NCBI GenBank assembly: GCA_965261395.1
Contig: OZ253462.1
Coordinates: 5,952,001-6,016,000, forward strand
Source: Candidatus Latescibacterota bacterium
Lineage (GTDB): Bacteria; Latescibacterota; UBA2968; UBA8231
Direction of reading: 5' to 3'
DNA length: 64,000 nucleotides
The notes beneath the pieces were generated by a model. The model was not told where the DNA came from, did not search any database, and worked only from the letters and a program-made list of their open reading frames with translations. Made by a program: the position numbers and the translations under genes. Below, in pieces: positions 19,247 to 28,802 of the stretch (its first letter is position 1; each line of letters begins with the position of its first letter).

Positions 19247-21763
19247 ATGATTAAACGCATGAAAATTGCGTCCCGGCTGGCGACCGTGTTGGTGGTCGCC
19301 GCGGCCGGGACGATTGCCGCGCAAGAGGGCGGCGTGTTCACTGCTGGTGATCTGTGGGATTCCTTTTTTCCCAGCAACGCCGGTTCCTGGTACCGCGAGG
19401 TCGATGACGATCCGACTGCGCGCTTTACCCTCTTTCGCATCGGCAACTGGGATCGCCAGTGGACCACGCCGTCCCAAACCTATCCGGGCGGCGAGAATCT
19501 GCACCTGCCTTGGGGCCAAGATATGCAGATGATGGAATACAGCCCCGACGAGATCAATATCACCACTGATAGCAACGCGCCTCGGGCCAAGCAGTACTTG
19601 CACGGCTTTTATACCAACAACTTGGCCGGTGCTGGCGATGGGGCGCGCAACTTTACGAGCCCGGGAGCCTACTGGGCCGATGAAGGCCGCAATGAAATGC
19701 GCTACGAGGGCGCGATGCCGACGAATCTCGGCGTTGATGTGCGCTGGCGGATGCGGCAGTTTGCCGCCAATCACGCCAACCTCAACGACTTCATCGTCGT
19801 CGAGCTGGAATTGACCAACACCGGCGTGCTCGACGCCGATGGCGACGGCACGGCCGAAAAGACCGACAACCGCATCCACGCGCTGACGCTGCATATGCAA
19901 AACGAGCCGATCAATTCCATGACCAACCGCAACAATGGCCGTCGCGGTGCTTCGGGGTGGTTTACCGGCCCGACCTCGGGCTACGACGCCACTCCCGACG
20001 GCAGCGGCGCGCCTTGGGATACGCCAGTGATATTCACCGGGCCTTCGCCGGGTTCGCTCGGCGAGCCGCATCCGGTCTTTGGTTCGCCGACCGGCTGGTC
20101 AGCCGATGGCGCACGTCTGCTAGGCGTTACCATGCGTAGTCGGGGATACTACTACGACATCTACAATGGAATGCAGTGGATCGCCGCCAAACAGGGCGCG
20201 TTGCCAGCAAGCGGCAGCAGCGCCAGCGCGGAGGACAAGCGCACCATCTACGACAGCCATCCGGTCGGCGTGGATGCCGAGCGCGGTTGGTTCACCTCGG
20301 TGCTCAAAGACGATGGCGGCTACGCCAATCCGCGCGAGAACCACATCTATGCGATGGCCGCGTTTTTCGATGGCGACCAGAACGGCAGCCGCGCTTGGGA
20401 CAAGGGGGCGTCTATCCAGAACGAGAGCAACTTGGTGCCCGACCCCAACTGGTTCGATCCCAACCACTCGGACATCGTCCCCGGCGACCCGCTGTCGTTC
20501 GTCAATGCGGTGCGACCGGAAGGCGAGCGCGGCCAGCCGTTGGGCGACATGAAGTACAACAACACCTTCATCCAAAACTGGGAGGTCGATCCGAGCCGTT
20601 CGCTGGACGATCAGCCCGAGTGGGCGTGGACGCAGGGCTACTCGATTGACCACGGCTTCGACGGCATGTTGCAGGTGGGCATCGGCCCGTTCTCCTTGGA
20701 GGTGGGCGAGACCATCAACGTGGTGCTCGTGGAGTACGCGGGGTTCCGCTTGCAGGGCGCGCGCGCCGCGCGCAACACGGCGCAGTGGGTCTATGAAAAC
20801 AATTTCGAGGCCCCCTCGCCGCCGCCGACGCCCCACATAGAAGTAGCGCCCAACACGGATGTCAAAGTTGATGTCAAGTGGGACGACCGCGCCGAAGCGG
20901 CATCTGACTTTGCGGGCTACAAGGTCTATCGCTCGACGCTGTTCCCACGGGTCAATTCGCTCGATGTCGGTCTGCGCATCATCGACAGCTACCACCATCA
21001 GACCGAGGTCAATCCCACGGACGCGCAACTGGCCGCCTTTGGTGCCGACAACAACCCCAACATCAGCTCTGGAGCCTACAAGCCTCAGGAGCCAGCGGCG
21101 TGGGGTCCTTATCGGCTGATCGCCCACGTGCCTAGCAGCGAGTTGGGCAACTACCTCAACGACGGGCCGGACAGCGACGTGTTTAAATACAAGTTTGCCG
21201 ATAATAGCGACTTGGTGACCTTTGGGTTTACCTATTACTACTACGTTGCTGCGTACGATGAAGAGTCCGGCGAGATCAACGGCCAGCCCTTCAGTTCGTT
21301 GGAGACGCATCGGCACAACTTTAACGGCCGCGACGGGTTGTGGAAGGGCACGTACCACTACGCGACCGCTAGTTCGTTTTTCCCCGGCAGCTTGGAGGGG
21401 CAAAAGGACATTGGCGCGCCGTTTATTCTCAAAGCGCCGCTGGCCGATGCTGGCGAACTCACGAGCGGCGATCTCGCCATCCGCGTGGTGCCCAACCCCT
21501 ATAAGAAGGGCGCGTTACACGATACGGGCACCGAGCACAAGATGCTCTTCATCAACCTGCCAACCGGTACCAAGATCACCATCTTCGACGTGTCTGGGCA
21601 GGTCATCGACGTGCTCCACTTCGACAGTACCAACCCGTTCGACGGCACGCTGTTTTGGGACATGTTTTCCAAGGACGGCATCGAGGTAGCCAGCGGACTG
21701 TACATCTACGTGGCCGAGTACCCGGGTGGAGCGCAGACCGGGCACTTCGCCATTCTGCGCTGA
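19247..21763 (+). CDS. Secreted protein with FN3-like region and T9SS/FlgD-like C-terminal domain
   Basis: RBS AGGAGG; signal peptide; FAGYKVYRS, YYYYVAAYD; IRVVPNPY…ITIFDVSGQ…VASGLYIY…HFAILR. Confidence 0.75.
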   Translation: MIKRMKIASRLATVLVVAAAGTIAAQEGGVFTAGDLWDSFFPSNAGSWYREVDDDPTARFTLFRIGNWDRQWTTPSQTYPGGENLHLPWGQDMQMMEYSPDEINITTDSNAPRAKQYLHGFYTNNLAGAGDGARNFTSPGAYWADEGRNEMRYEGAMPTNLGVDVRWRMRQFAANHANLNDFIVVELELTNTGVLDADGDGTAEKTDNRIHALTLHMQNEPINSMTNRNNGRRGASGWFTGPTSGYDATPDGSGAPWDTPVIFTGPSPGSLGEPHPVFGSPTGWSADGARLLGVTMRSRGYYYDIYNGMQWIAAKQGALPASGSSASAEDKRTIYDSHPVGVDAERGWFTSVLKDDGGYANPRENHIYAMAAFFDGDQNGSRAWDKGASIQNESNLVPDPNWFDPNHSDIVPGDPLSFVNAVRPEGERGQPLGDMKYNNTFIQNWEVDPSRSLDDQPEWAWTQGYSIDHGFDGMLQVGIGPFSLEVGETINVVLVEYAGFRLQGARAARNTAQWVYENNFEAPSPPPTPHIEVAPNTDVKVDVKWDDRAEAASDFAGYKVYRSTLFPRVNSLDVGLRIIDSYHHQTEVNPTDAQLAAFGADNNPNISSGAYKPQEPAAWGPYRLIAHVPSSELGNYLNDGPDSDVFKYKFADNSDLVTFGFTYYYYVAAYDEESGEINGQPFSSLETHRHNFNGRDGLWKGTYHYATASSFFPGSLEGQKDIGAPFILKAPLADAGELTSGDLAIRVVPNPYKKGALHDTGTEHKMLFINLPTGTKITIFDVSGQVIDVLHFDSTNPFDGTLFWDMFSKDGIEVASGLYIYVAEYPGGAQTGHFAILR

Positions 21764-21785
21764 ACCGAACAGGGGAGACTTGAAA

Positions 21786-22808
21786 ATGAAAGTGTTAAAA
21801 CTCATTACAGTGCTGGGGTTGGGCCTCTTGTTGGCGCAACCTGGGTTCGCCGATGTGCGCAAGTCTGGCCTGACCGGTGCCGCGTTTCTCAAGGTTGGTG
21901 TGGGAGCCAGACCGGTCGCGCTCGGCTCGGCCTATACGACCGTGGCCGGCGACGTCCACCAGCTATTCTGGAACCCAGCCGGCGCGGCCTTAAGCGGCGG
22001 CGAAAGCCAAGTGCTGCTGTCGCACAACTCGTGGATCGCGGATTTGTCGCACGACGCCATTGGGTTCGCGCGCGATATGGGCGACATGGGCACCTTGGGC
22101 ATTGGCGTGGTGACGCTCGGGTTGAGCGACATTGCCGCCGACCGCGACTTGGTGCCGCAGTTCGTACTCGATGCGGGAACGTTTGCGCCCAACGACACCG
22201 AGTCCTCGGATACCTACAGTTACCGAGATTTGGCCGTGGGCGCGACGTGGGCGCGCAACATTACCGATCGACTCAACTTAGGGGCGACCGGCAAGATCGT
22301 CAGCCAGACCATCGATGGCGTCAGCGCCACCGCGTACGCGGCTGATTTCGGCGCGCTCTACCGCGTCAATTCCACGTACACCATCGGCGCTCGGATCAAT
22401 AATCTGGGCAGCGATCTGACGTTCTACGACATTGGCGCGCCGCTGCCGCTGATATTTAGCATTGGCGCGGCAGCCGCCATCCTCGACGACCCAGACAGCG
22501 GCATGAAGGTTACTTTGCTCGCCGATGCCACCAAGCCGCAAGATGGCGAGCAGCTAGTGTACGCGGCGGCCGAGGTGGAGCTTTTCGACATGCTCAGTCT
22601 CCGCTCCGGCTACAAGCTCAACTACCAAGGCGTAGAGGACGACAAAGTCGATGAGGTCAGCGGCTCGGTCGTCCCGGCTGGCCGCAGCGAGGAGGGCCTG
22701 ACGGCTGGGCTGGGCCTCGAATTGAGTATGGCCACGGTCGATTACGCCTTTACCTCGTTTGGCATCCTCGACAGCGTGCATCAGTTCTCCTTGCAGTTCC
22801 GCTTCTGA
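21786..22808 (+). CDS. PorV/PorQ family outer-membrane protein
   Basis: AAFLKVGVGARPVALGSAY…WNPAG; C-terminal VDYAFTSFGILDSVHQFSLQFRF. Confidence 0.85.
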   Translation: MKVLKLITVLGLGLLLAQPGFADVRKSGLTGAAFLKVGVGARPVALGSAYTTVAGDVHQLFWNPAGAALSGGESQVLLSHNSWIADLSHDAIGFARDMGDMGTLGIGVVTLGLSDIAADRDLVPQFVLDAGTFAPNDTESSDTYSYRDLAVGATWARNITDRLNLGATGKIVSQTIDGVSATAYAADFGALYRVNSTYTIGARINNLGSDLTFYDIGAPLPLIFSIGAAAAILDDPDSGMKVTLLADATKPQDGEQLVYAAAEVELFDMLSLRSGYKLNYQGVEDDKVDEVSGSVVPAGRSEEGLTAGLGLELSMATVDYAFTSFGILDSVHQFSLQFRF

Positions 22809-22833
22809 GGCTGCGTTGCGATTGTGCTAAGAG

Positions 22834-22873
22834 AAAAAGCCTCCGGGGCCTCTGGGCCTTGGGGGCTTTTTTT
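22834..22873. terminator. Intrinsic terminator, probably bidirectional
   Basis: AAAAAGCCTCCGGGGCC-TCTG-GGCCTTGGGGGCTTTTTTT. Confidence 0.85.
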
Positions 22874-22914
22874 GTAAAGGCAGCATCCGCTGATCATTTG
22901 GAGGGAGGGACCAT

Positions 22915-24351
22915 ATGACAACTAAGCCCGTGCCGCATGAGGTGATACCTTGTGATCGGTTGCCGGCGGGACAGTACCGCGATCTACCCGAGCCGCCCCA
23001 TTGGCGCAAGCTGGTTGGGCCGAGCATCCTGCTGTTGGGGCTTTCGCTGGGCAGTGGGGAGTTCGTGCTCTGGCCCTATATAACGTATAAGTTCGGCTTC
23101 GTGGTGTTCTGGGCCTGCATGGTGGGGGTGCTGACCCAGTACTTCATCAACATGGAGATCGAGCGCTGGACTTTGGCTACCGGCGAGACCGCGGTGACCG
23201 GGTTTTGCCGCCTATGGTCGGGCTGGGCTGGGGTATTTCTCTTGTGCAATGTGGTCCCGTGGATGTGGCCGGGCTGGGCGTCTGGAGCGGCGACCATCCT
23301 GACTTGGGAGTTCGGCGGCGACGAGAGCGTGCGGGTCGGCTATTCGATCGCGAGCCTGTTGTTGGTCGGGTTGGCGCTGAGTTTGGGGCCGGTGGTGTAC
23401 CGCACGGTGGAGCGCATCCAGACGGTGCTGATCGCGGCGGTGCTGGTCCTGCTGTTGGTCATTTTCTTTTTGGTAGTAGAGCCTAGCCACGTGTGGGATT
23501 TGTGCAAAGGCATCGTCAATATCGGCCATATCCCAGAGGAGATGGAGTTGCCGCTCTTTTTGGGGGCCTTGGCCTTTGCTGGTGCTGGCGGAACGATGAA
23601 CTTGGCACAGAGCGATTTTGTCCGCGACAAAGGCTATGCGATGGGTGCGTACATGGGGCGGCTGACCAGCCCGCTGACTGGGCGGGAAGAGGCCGTGGAC
23701 GAGATCGGCTACCACTTCGAGCAGACGCCGGAGAACATGCGGCGCTGGCGCGGCTGGTGGCAGGCGGCCAATCGCGAACACTTGGTCACCTTCTACGCAC
23801 TCTCGGCCCTGTCGCTGATGCTGCTGTCGCTTATTGCCTACGCCACTACGCGGCAGGCACCCGGGCTGGAACAGGGCTTGGGGTTTATCGGCACTGAGGG
23901 CGACTTTATCGCGCAGGAGCGCGGCAGCTTTTTCAAGCACCTCTTCAACTGGATGGGCATCGCCATTTTGCTGACGACCGAGCTGGGGCTGTTGGACGCC
24001 TGTGCTCGCATCTCGACCGACATCGTCAAGACCAACTGGCTGCGCGAACACGCCAAGTGGACGCGGAACCGGCTCTACTTCATCCTGCTGTGGGCACAGA
24101 TTCTCTTCGGCATACTGATTATGCTTTCGGACTACAACAAGCCGGTGCAGTTGCTGGTCTTGAGCGCCTCGCTCAACGCGGGAGTCATGCTGCTGTACTC
24201 GGTATTGCTCTTGTGGCAGAACAACCGCGTACTCAAAGGGGCGTTGGCCATGCACCCGGTGCGCTTTGTGGCCTTGATTTGGGCCTGCGCCTTCTTCGGC
24301 TATTTCTCGTTTGTCACGCTGCGGGAGCAGTTGCCTAAGCTCTGGGGGTGA
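22915..24351 (+). CDS. Nramp-like (APC superfamily) membrane transporter
   Basis: GPSILLLGLSLGSGEFVLWP, QYFINMEIERWTLATGE, AFAGAGG; about 11 hydrophobic segments. Confidence 0.75.
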   Translation: MTTKPVPHEVIPCDRLPAGQYRDLPEPPHWRKLVGPSILLLGLSLGSGEFVLWPYITYKFGFVVFWACMVGVLTQYFINMEIERWTLATGETAVTGFCRLWSGWAGVFLLCNVVPWMWPGWASGAATILTWEFGGDESVRVGYSIASLLLVGLALSLGPVVYRTVERIQTVLIAAVLVLLLVIFFLVVEPSHVWDLCKGIVNIGHIPEEMELPLFLGALAFAGAGGTMNLAQSDFVRDKGYAMGAYMGRLTSPLTGREEAVDEIGYHFEQTPENMRRWRGWWQAANREHLVTFYALSALSLMLLSLIAYATTRQAPGLEQGLGFIGTEGDFIAQERGSFFKHLFNWMGIAILLTTELGLLDACARISTDIVKTNWLREHAKWTRNRLYFILLWAQILFGILIMLSDYNKPVQLLVLSASLNAGVMLLYSVLLLWQNNRVLKGALAMHPVRFVALIWACAFFGYFSFVTLREQLPKLWG

Positions 24352-24357
24352 GGGGGT

Positions 24358-27300
24358 TTGCTACCGCCACTTCGTTTGGGATACAGCGGCAGCGATGCGC
24401 CACAGGAGCAAGCCTATGGGTCTCGGTGCCTAGGGGCTTGCTTTTTTCTGCTCTTGTTGGCCTCGCTCATAAGCCCGTCTATCGTCGCCGGGTCTGAGGC
24501 AGAGGTGCGTCTGCGGCGCACGGTGGAGGCGTTTTCCGCACCCGCCTCGCGGATGACAGGCTATCCGGGGGCCACGGTGGCCCGCGAGTGGCTGGTCGCT
24601 GAGCTAGAGAGCTTGGGGATAGCAGAATTCTATCGGCACGAGTTCCCGGTGTTGGTGCCAATCGACGAGGGATTCTGGCTCGAATGCGCAGGGGAGCGGC
24701 TCGAATTGTTTGGTGTCTGGCCCAACTTGGTGCGGACGCCGACCCTGCCGGCCGAGGGAATTGAGGGGCAGTTGGTGTACGGCGGGGATGGCAGCCGCCT
24801 CGAAGGGCAGCCGGTGGCCGGGCGGATCGTCCTGCTCGACTATGCCTCGGGCACAGCTTGGGTGGATGCGTTTCACTTGGGGGCCGCGGCCGTGGTGTTC
24901 TTGGAATCGGTCGGTGCCCATCGCAAGGAAGCCGAGCAGAAGTTCATCGATGTGCCGGCAGACTTGCCACGGCTGTATGCGCGCAGAGACGTGGCGGAAC
25001 GTTTGCGGGTGCTGGAAAAGTCGCGGGCGCAGGTGCGCTTGCGGGGGCGGATGGCGTGGCGGGAGGTGACTGCGGAGAACTTGGTCGCCGTGATTCCTGG
25101 GCAAGATGCGACACTAGGGGGGGAGGTCGTCTTCCTCGCCGCACATTACGACGCCATGTCGCCGGTGCCAGCGTTAGCACCGGGGGCCGAGCAAGCGGCG
25201 AGTGCGGCCGCGCTGTTGGAATTGGCTCGGGGGTTTGCCGCGCGGCCGCCCAAGCGCACGGTCGCGTTGTTGTGGATGGCCGGGCATTTCCAGAACATGG
25301 CGGGGATGCGCCATTTCGCGCCGTTGCTGCTGGCGGCTGCGGGTCAGCGGGAGGGCGGGGTGGAGGAGACCGCGCTTTTGCGGCGGCTCAGCGCGCTGGA
25401 GACGCGCTTTTTGGTGGGCTTGGATCTGTCGTCGCACAGCCCGCGGCTCGGAGCGTTCAGGCCGAAAGCTCCGTATCGCGTCTCATTGCTCGCGCCGCCG
25501 ATTACCGATCGCTTGCTAAAGCTGGTAACGGCATACGAGGATTCCGCGTTGGGGGGCAAGCGGGTGCTGGTCAATGGCCTGAAGCAGGACTTTGCCCGCC
25601 AAGGCTTGGGGGGGATGGGGCTGACAGTGCCGTTGGATGCGGCGGTAGCGGCCCTCGCCGGATGCCCGACGTTGGCCTTTTGCACGGTCAACGACAGCCG
25701 CGCTCGCTTTGACTCGCCGGATGATGACCCCGAGGCGGTGCGCTTTGACTGGTTGGCTGGTCAAGTTGCGCTGCTGCGGGATGTGCTGCCCGCGCTCATT
25801 GACGACCCGGACTTGGAGCCGTGGGTTTGGGGCAACGATGCGTTTGGCACCATTCGCGGGGAGGTGGTCCACTACGGGCCGCGCAGCTATCTGCCGGATC
25901 AGCCGACGGCTGGGGCGTTGGTGCGGGTGCGGCTGCGCCAGCCGACATTGGCTGGGGTGCGGCCGGATTTTTGGGCGGCGGCGGATGATTCGGGGCGGTT
26001 TGCCATTCCCGGGGTTGAGTCGGGTATCATTTACACGAAGCCGGTGCGGTTGGAGGCGTATGGGCTCGATGCGGAGACCGGGGCGGTGACGGCTGCGCCG
26101 GACTGGGGGATCAATGGGGAGCGCAAGTTGCCGGGGCGCGCGCTGACGGTGCAGATGGATGCCGCCGAGGATGAGATACAGATCGTCACTGCACCGCTGC
26201 GGGGGACGACGCTATTTGGGATTTTTGATCCACGCAATTTGCTGACCTTGGAGCGCGTGCAAGCGATTGACGCGGCGCTGGAAGCCGAGCCGGTGGTGTA
26301 CGGGGCCTGCCTGCCGCTGACGGCTCCGGAAATGGAGCTATTCAGCTATCAGAATCGGGTGGGGTCGTGGACGGAGCCGGTCGCCGTGATTTTTACCCAG
26401 CCTAGTCAGCGGTTCAAGGCCGTGATGGCGACGGGCCGCTATGGGTTGGGGCGACGCTTGCTGTTGCTCAATGGGACGGAGGATGCTCCGGGCGGGGTGG
26501 GCTATGCGGTCGATGGGAAGGGGCGCATCGTGGAGACGGTGTATCGGGTGGCTGTTGATATGCACACGCTCAATGGCGAGCGGATTGACCGACTGGAGCG
26601 ACACGGGGTGCGCAATGAGCGGCTGACGGCCTTTCACGAGCGGTCGGCCGGGTTGCTCAAAGAAGCAGCAGCGGCGCGCGCCGAGCACCGGCACCAAGAC
26701 TTTATCGATCGGGCGCGGCGCGCTTGGGCGCTGGCTGCGGCAGCCTATCGGGACGTGGAACGGACGCAAGCAGGAGTGGTGCAGGGCGCGCTCTTTTTGT
26801 TGGCCGTGCTGATTCCCTTTGCCCACTTTGCCGAGCGGTTGGCGTTTGGGTTTGCCGATTTGCGGCGGCAGGTATTGGGGTACTTCGCGCTCTTTCTCAT
26901 TGGCTTTGTCGCCCTGCGCTATGTGCATCCGGCCTTTGAGTTGTCGATCTCACCGGCGATCATTCTGCTCGGTTTTGTCATCTTGGCACTGGGGATTTTG
27001 GTCACGGCCCTGGGGATGTCGCGGTTAAATCGGGAGTTGCAGGCGTTGGGCGCTAGGCGCGGCCAGATCGCGGTGCAGCGGTCGGGCGCGGTGCTGACGT
27101 CGGTCGCCGTGGGGTTGGCGCATTTGCGGCGGCGGCCGTGGCGCACGGGGCTGACCTGTGCGACGCTGGTGCTGTTGACCTTTTCCGTGCTGTCCTTCAC
27201 GTCGATCCGCGCTGCGCTGCACACGAATTGGATTGCGATTGGCGCGGACGCGGCATACGAGGGGGCGTTGGTGCGGATGCCGGGCTGGCAGACAATGGAG

Positions 27301-28800
27301 ATGGAAGGCTACGACCTGTTGCGCGATTGGTTTGGTGACGAGCAGGTTGCGCCTCGGGCGTGGCTGTCGGTGGGATCGCTGGCATCGTCCTATCGAGTTG
27401 AGCGGGATGACGCGGAGGAGCGAGCGGTTGGGGTGTGGGGATTTGTTGGGCTAGCGGCGCAAGAGGAGGATTTGCTCGGGCCGGAGGTGGTTGCCGGGCG
27501 GTGGCTGCGGCCCGGGGAAGAGGATGCCTGTCTGTTGCCGGTGGGGTTGGCAGATTCTTTGGGGGTAAGCGCCGAGGGCTTGGGGCAGGAGCAAGTGCGG
27601 GTTTTTGGGGAGGTATTTCGGGTCGTTGGGTTGCTCGCAGATGACGCGCTGGACCGGCTCGATCTGAATGGCGAGCCGCTGACCCCGTTGGATCCAGAGG
27701 CGCAACAGCCCTCGGAAGCGGCAGTAGGACGCGAGCAGGGAGGGAAGTTGCGGCCGTTTGCCCATTTGCCCGCATCGGCGACGCCGGTCTTGCCGTTTGC
27801 CGCGTTAATGCGCTGGGAAGGGGTGCGGCTGGCGTCGGTGGGGATCCGGTTGGATGGGACCACGGAGGGAACGCGCAGTGCGCTGATAGAGCTAGCGGAG
27901 ACGTTGGATTTGAACCTGTTCGCCGGCCTCGGAGGGCAGCGCTTGCTCGTCAATTCGGTTGGAGTGGCGTCAGTGTCGGGGTGGGGATCGCTGATCGTGC
28001 CGCTGCTGATCGCCGGGTTGATCGTGTTCAACACCATGCTCGGGGCCGTGTACGAGCGGACGCAGGAAATCGGCACCTTTAACGCGGTCGGCTTAGCCCC
28101 CGGCCACGTTAGCGGGCTGTTCATGGCCGAAGCAGTGGCTTTGGGGGTGGTCGGCACGGTTGCAGGGTATTTGCTAGGCCAAGGCGCGGCGCAGCTTTTG
28201 AATCAAGGGGGCTTTTTGCCTGGCTTGGAGCTGAACTACTCGTCGCTAGGGGCGGTGCTCACCGTTGGCGCGATTGCGCTGTTGGTGGTGGCGTCGGCGC
28301 TCTATCCGGCGCGCATGGCCGGGCGGATTTGCACGCCGGGGATTGAACGGCGCTGGAAGCTGCCGGTCGTCGCGGGCGAGCACTTGCACGTGCAACTGCC
28401 CTTCTCGCTGGCGCGGCGCGAAGCCCTCGGCATGGCGGCGTTCCAAGCGGAGTCGTGGGCGGCCAATCAGGAACAGTCGATCGGCGCGGGATTTTACGTC
28501 GAAGCCCTGCAGGTGGAGCAGGTGGGGGAGCGGGTGCGCGTGGCGGCGCAGGTGTGGTTAGCGCCGTTTGACCAAGGTGTGGTGCAAAAGACCGTGATGG
28601 AGATAGGGCCGGGGGCGGATCCGCACTATTGCGATATCCACGTTGACTTGGCGTTGGTAGCTGGTGATCTGGCGACGTGGCAGCGCGTGGTGCGCACCTT
28701 TTTGGACGATGTGCGCAAGCAGTTCTTGATCTGGCGCACCTTGGAAGCGGATAGTCGCCGCTACTACGCCGAGCAGTTGCCGCAGTGGGAGCGGGCGTGA
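24358..28800 (+). CDS. M28 peptidase-like/PA domain plus FtsX-like permease fusion (start uncertain)
   Basis: AENLVAVIPG…AAHYDAMS; RRPWRTGLT; VYERTQEIGTFNAVGLAPGHVSGLFMAEA…ALYPARMA. Confidence 0.8.
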   Translation: MLPPLRLGYSGSDAPQEQAYGSRCLGACFFLLLLASLISPSIVAGSEAEVRLRRTVEAFSAPASRMTGYPGATVAREWLVAELESLGIAEFYRHEFPVLVPIDEGFWLECAGERLELFGVWPNLVRTPTLPAEGIEGQLVYGGDGSRLEGQPVAGRIVLLDYASGTAWVDAFHLGAAAVVFLESVGAHRKEAEQKFIDVPADLPRLYARRDVAERLRVLEKSRAQVRLRGRMAWREVTAENLVAVIPGQDATLGGEVVFLAAHYDAMSPVPALAPGAEQAASAAALLELARGFAARPPKRTVALLWMAGHFQNMAGMRHFAPLLLAAAGQREGGVEETALLRRLSALETRFLVGLDLSSHSPRLGAFRPKAPYRVSLLAPPITDRLLKLVTAYEDSALGGKRVLVNGLKQDFARQGLGGMGLTVPLDAAVAALAGCPTLAFCTVNDSRARFDSPDDDPEAVRFDWLAGQVALLRDVLPALIDDPDLEPWVWGNDAFGTIRGEVVHYGPRSYLPDQPTAGALVRVRLRQPTLAGVRPDFWAAADDSGRFAIPGVESGIIYTKPVRLEAYGLDAETGAVTAAPDWGINGERKLPGRALTVQMDAAEDEIQIVTAPLRGTTLFGIFDPRNLLTLERVQAIDAALEAEPVVYGACLPLTAPEMELFSYQNRVGSWTEPVAVIFTQPSQRFKAVMATGRYGLGRRLLLLNGTEDAPGGVGYAVDGKGRIVETVYRVAVDMHTLNGERIDRLERHGVRNERLTAFHERSAGLLKEAAAARAEHRHQDFIDRARRAWALAAAAYRDVERTQAGVVQGALFLLAVLIPFAHFAERLAFGFADLRRQVLGYFALFLIGFVALRYVHPAFELSISPAIILLGFVILALGILVTALGMSRLNRELQALGARRGQIAVQRSGAVLTSVAVGLAHLRRRPWRTGLTCATLVLLTFSVLSFTSIRAALHTNWIAIGADAAYEGALVRMPGWQTMEMEGYDLLRDWFGDEQVAPRAWLSVGSLASSYRVERDDAEERAVGVWGFVGLAAQEEDLLGPEVVAGRWLRPGEEDACLLPVGLADSLGVSAEGLGQEQVRVFGEVFRVVGLLADDALDRLDLNGEPLTPLDPEAQQPSEAAVGREQGGKLRPFAHLPASATPVLPFAALMRWEGVRLASVGIRLDGTTEGTRSALIELAETLDLNLFAGLGGQRLLVNSVGVASVSGWGSLIVPLLIAGLIVFNTMLGAVYERTQEIGTFNAVGLAPGHVSGLFMAEAVALGVVGTVAGYLLGQGAAQLLNQGGFLPGLELNYSSLGAVLTVGAIALLVVASALYPARMAGRICTPGIERRWKLPVVAGEHLHVQLPFSLARREALGMAAFQAESWAANQEQSIGAGFYVEALQVEQVGERVRVAAQVWLAPFDQGVVQKTVMEIGPGADPHYCDIHVDLALVAGDLATWQRVVRTFLDDVRKQFLIWRTLEADSRRYYAEQLPQWERA

Positions 28801-28802
28801 GC

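Noticed and set aside
20120-21403. 427-aa minus-strand ORF
   Set aside because: Antisense shadow of the secreted CTD protein
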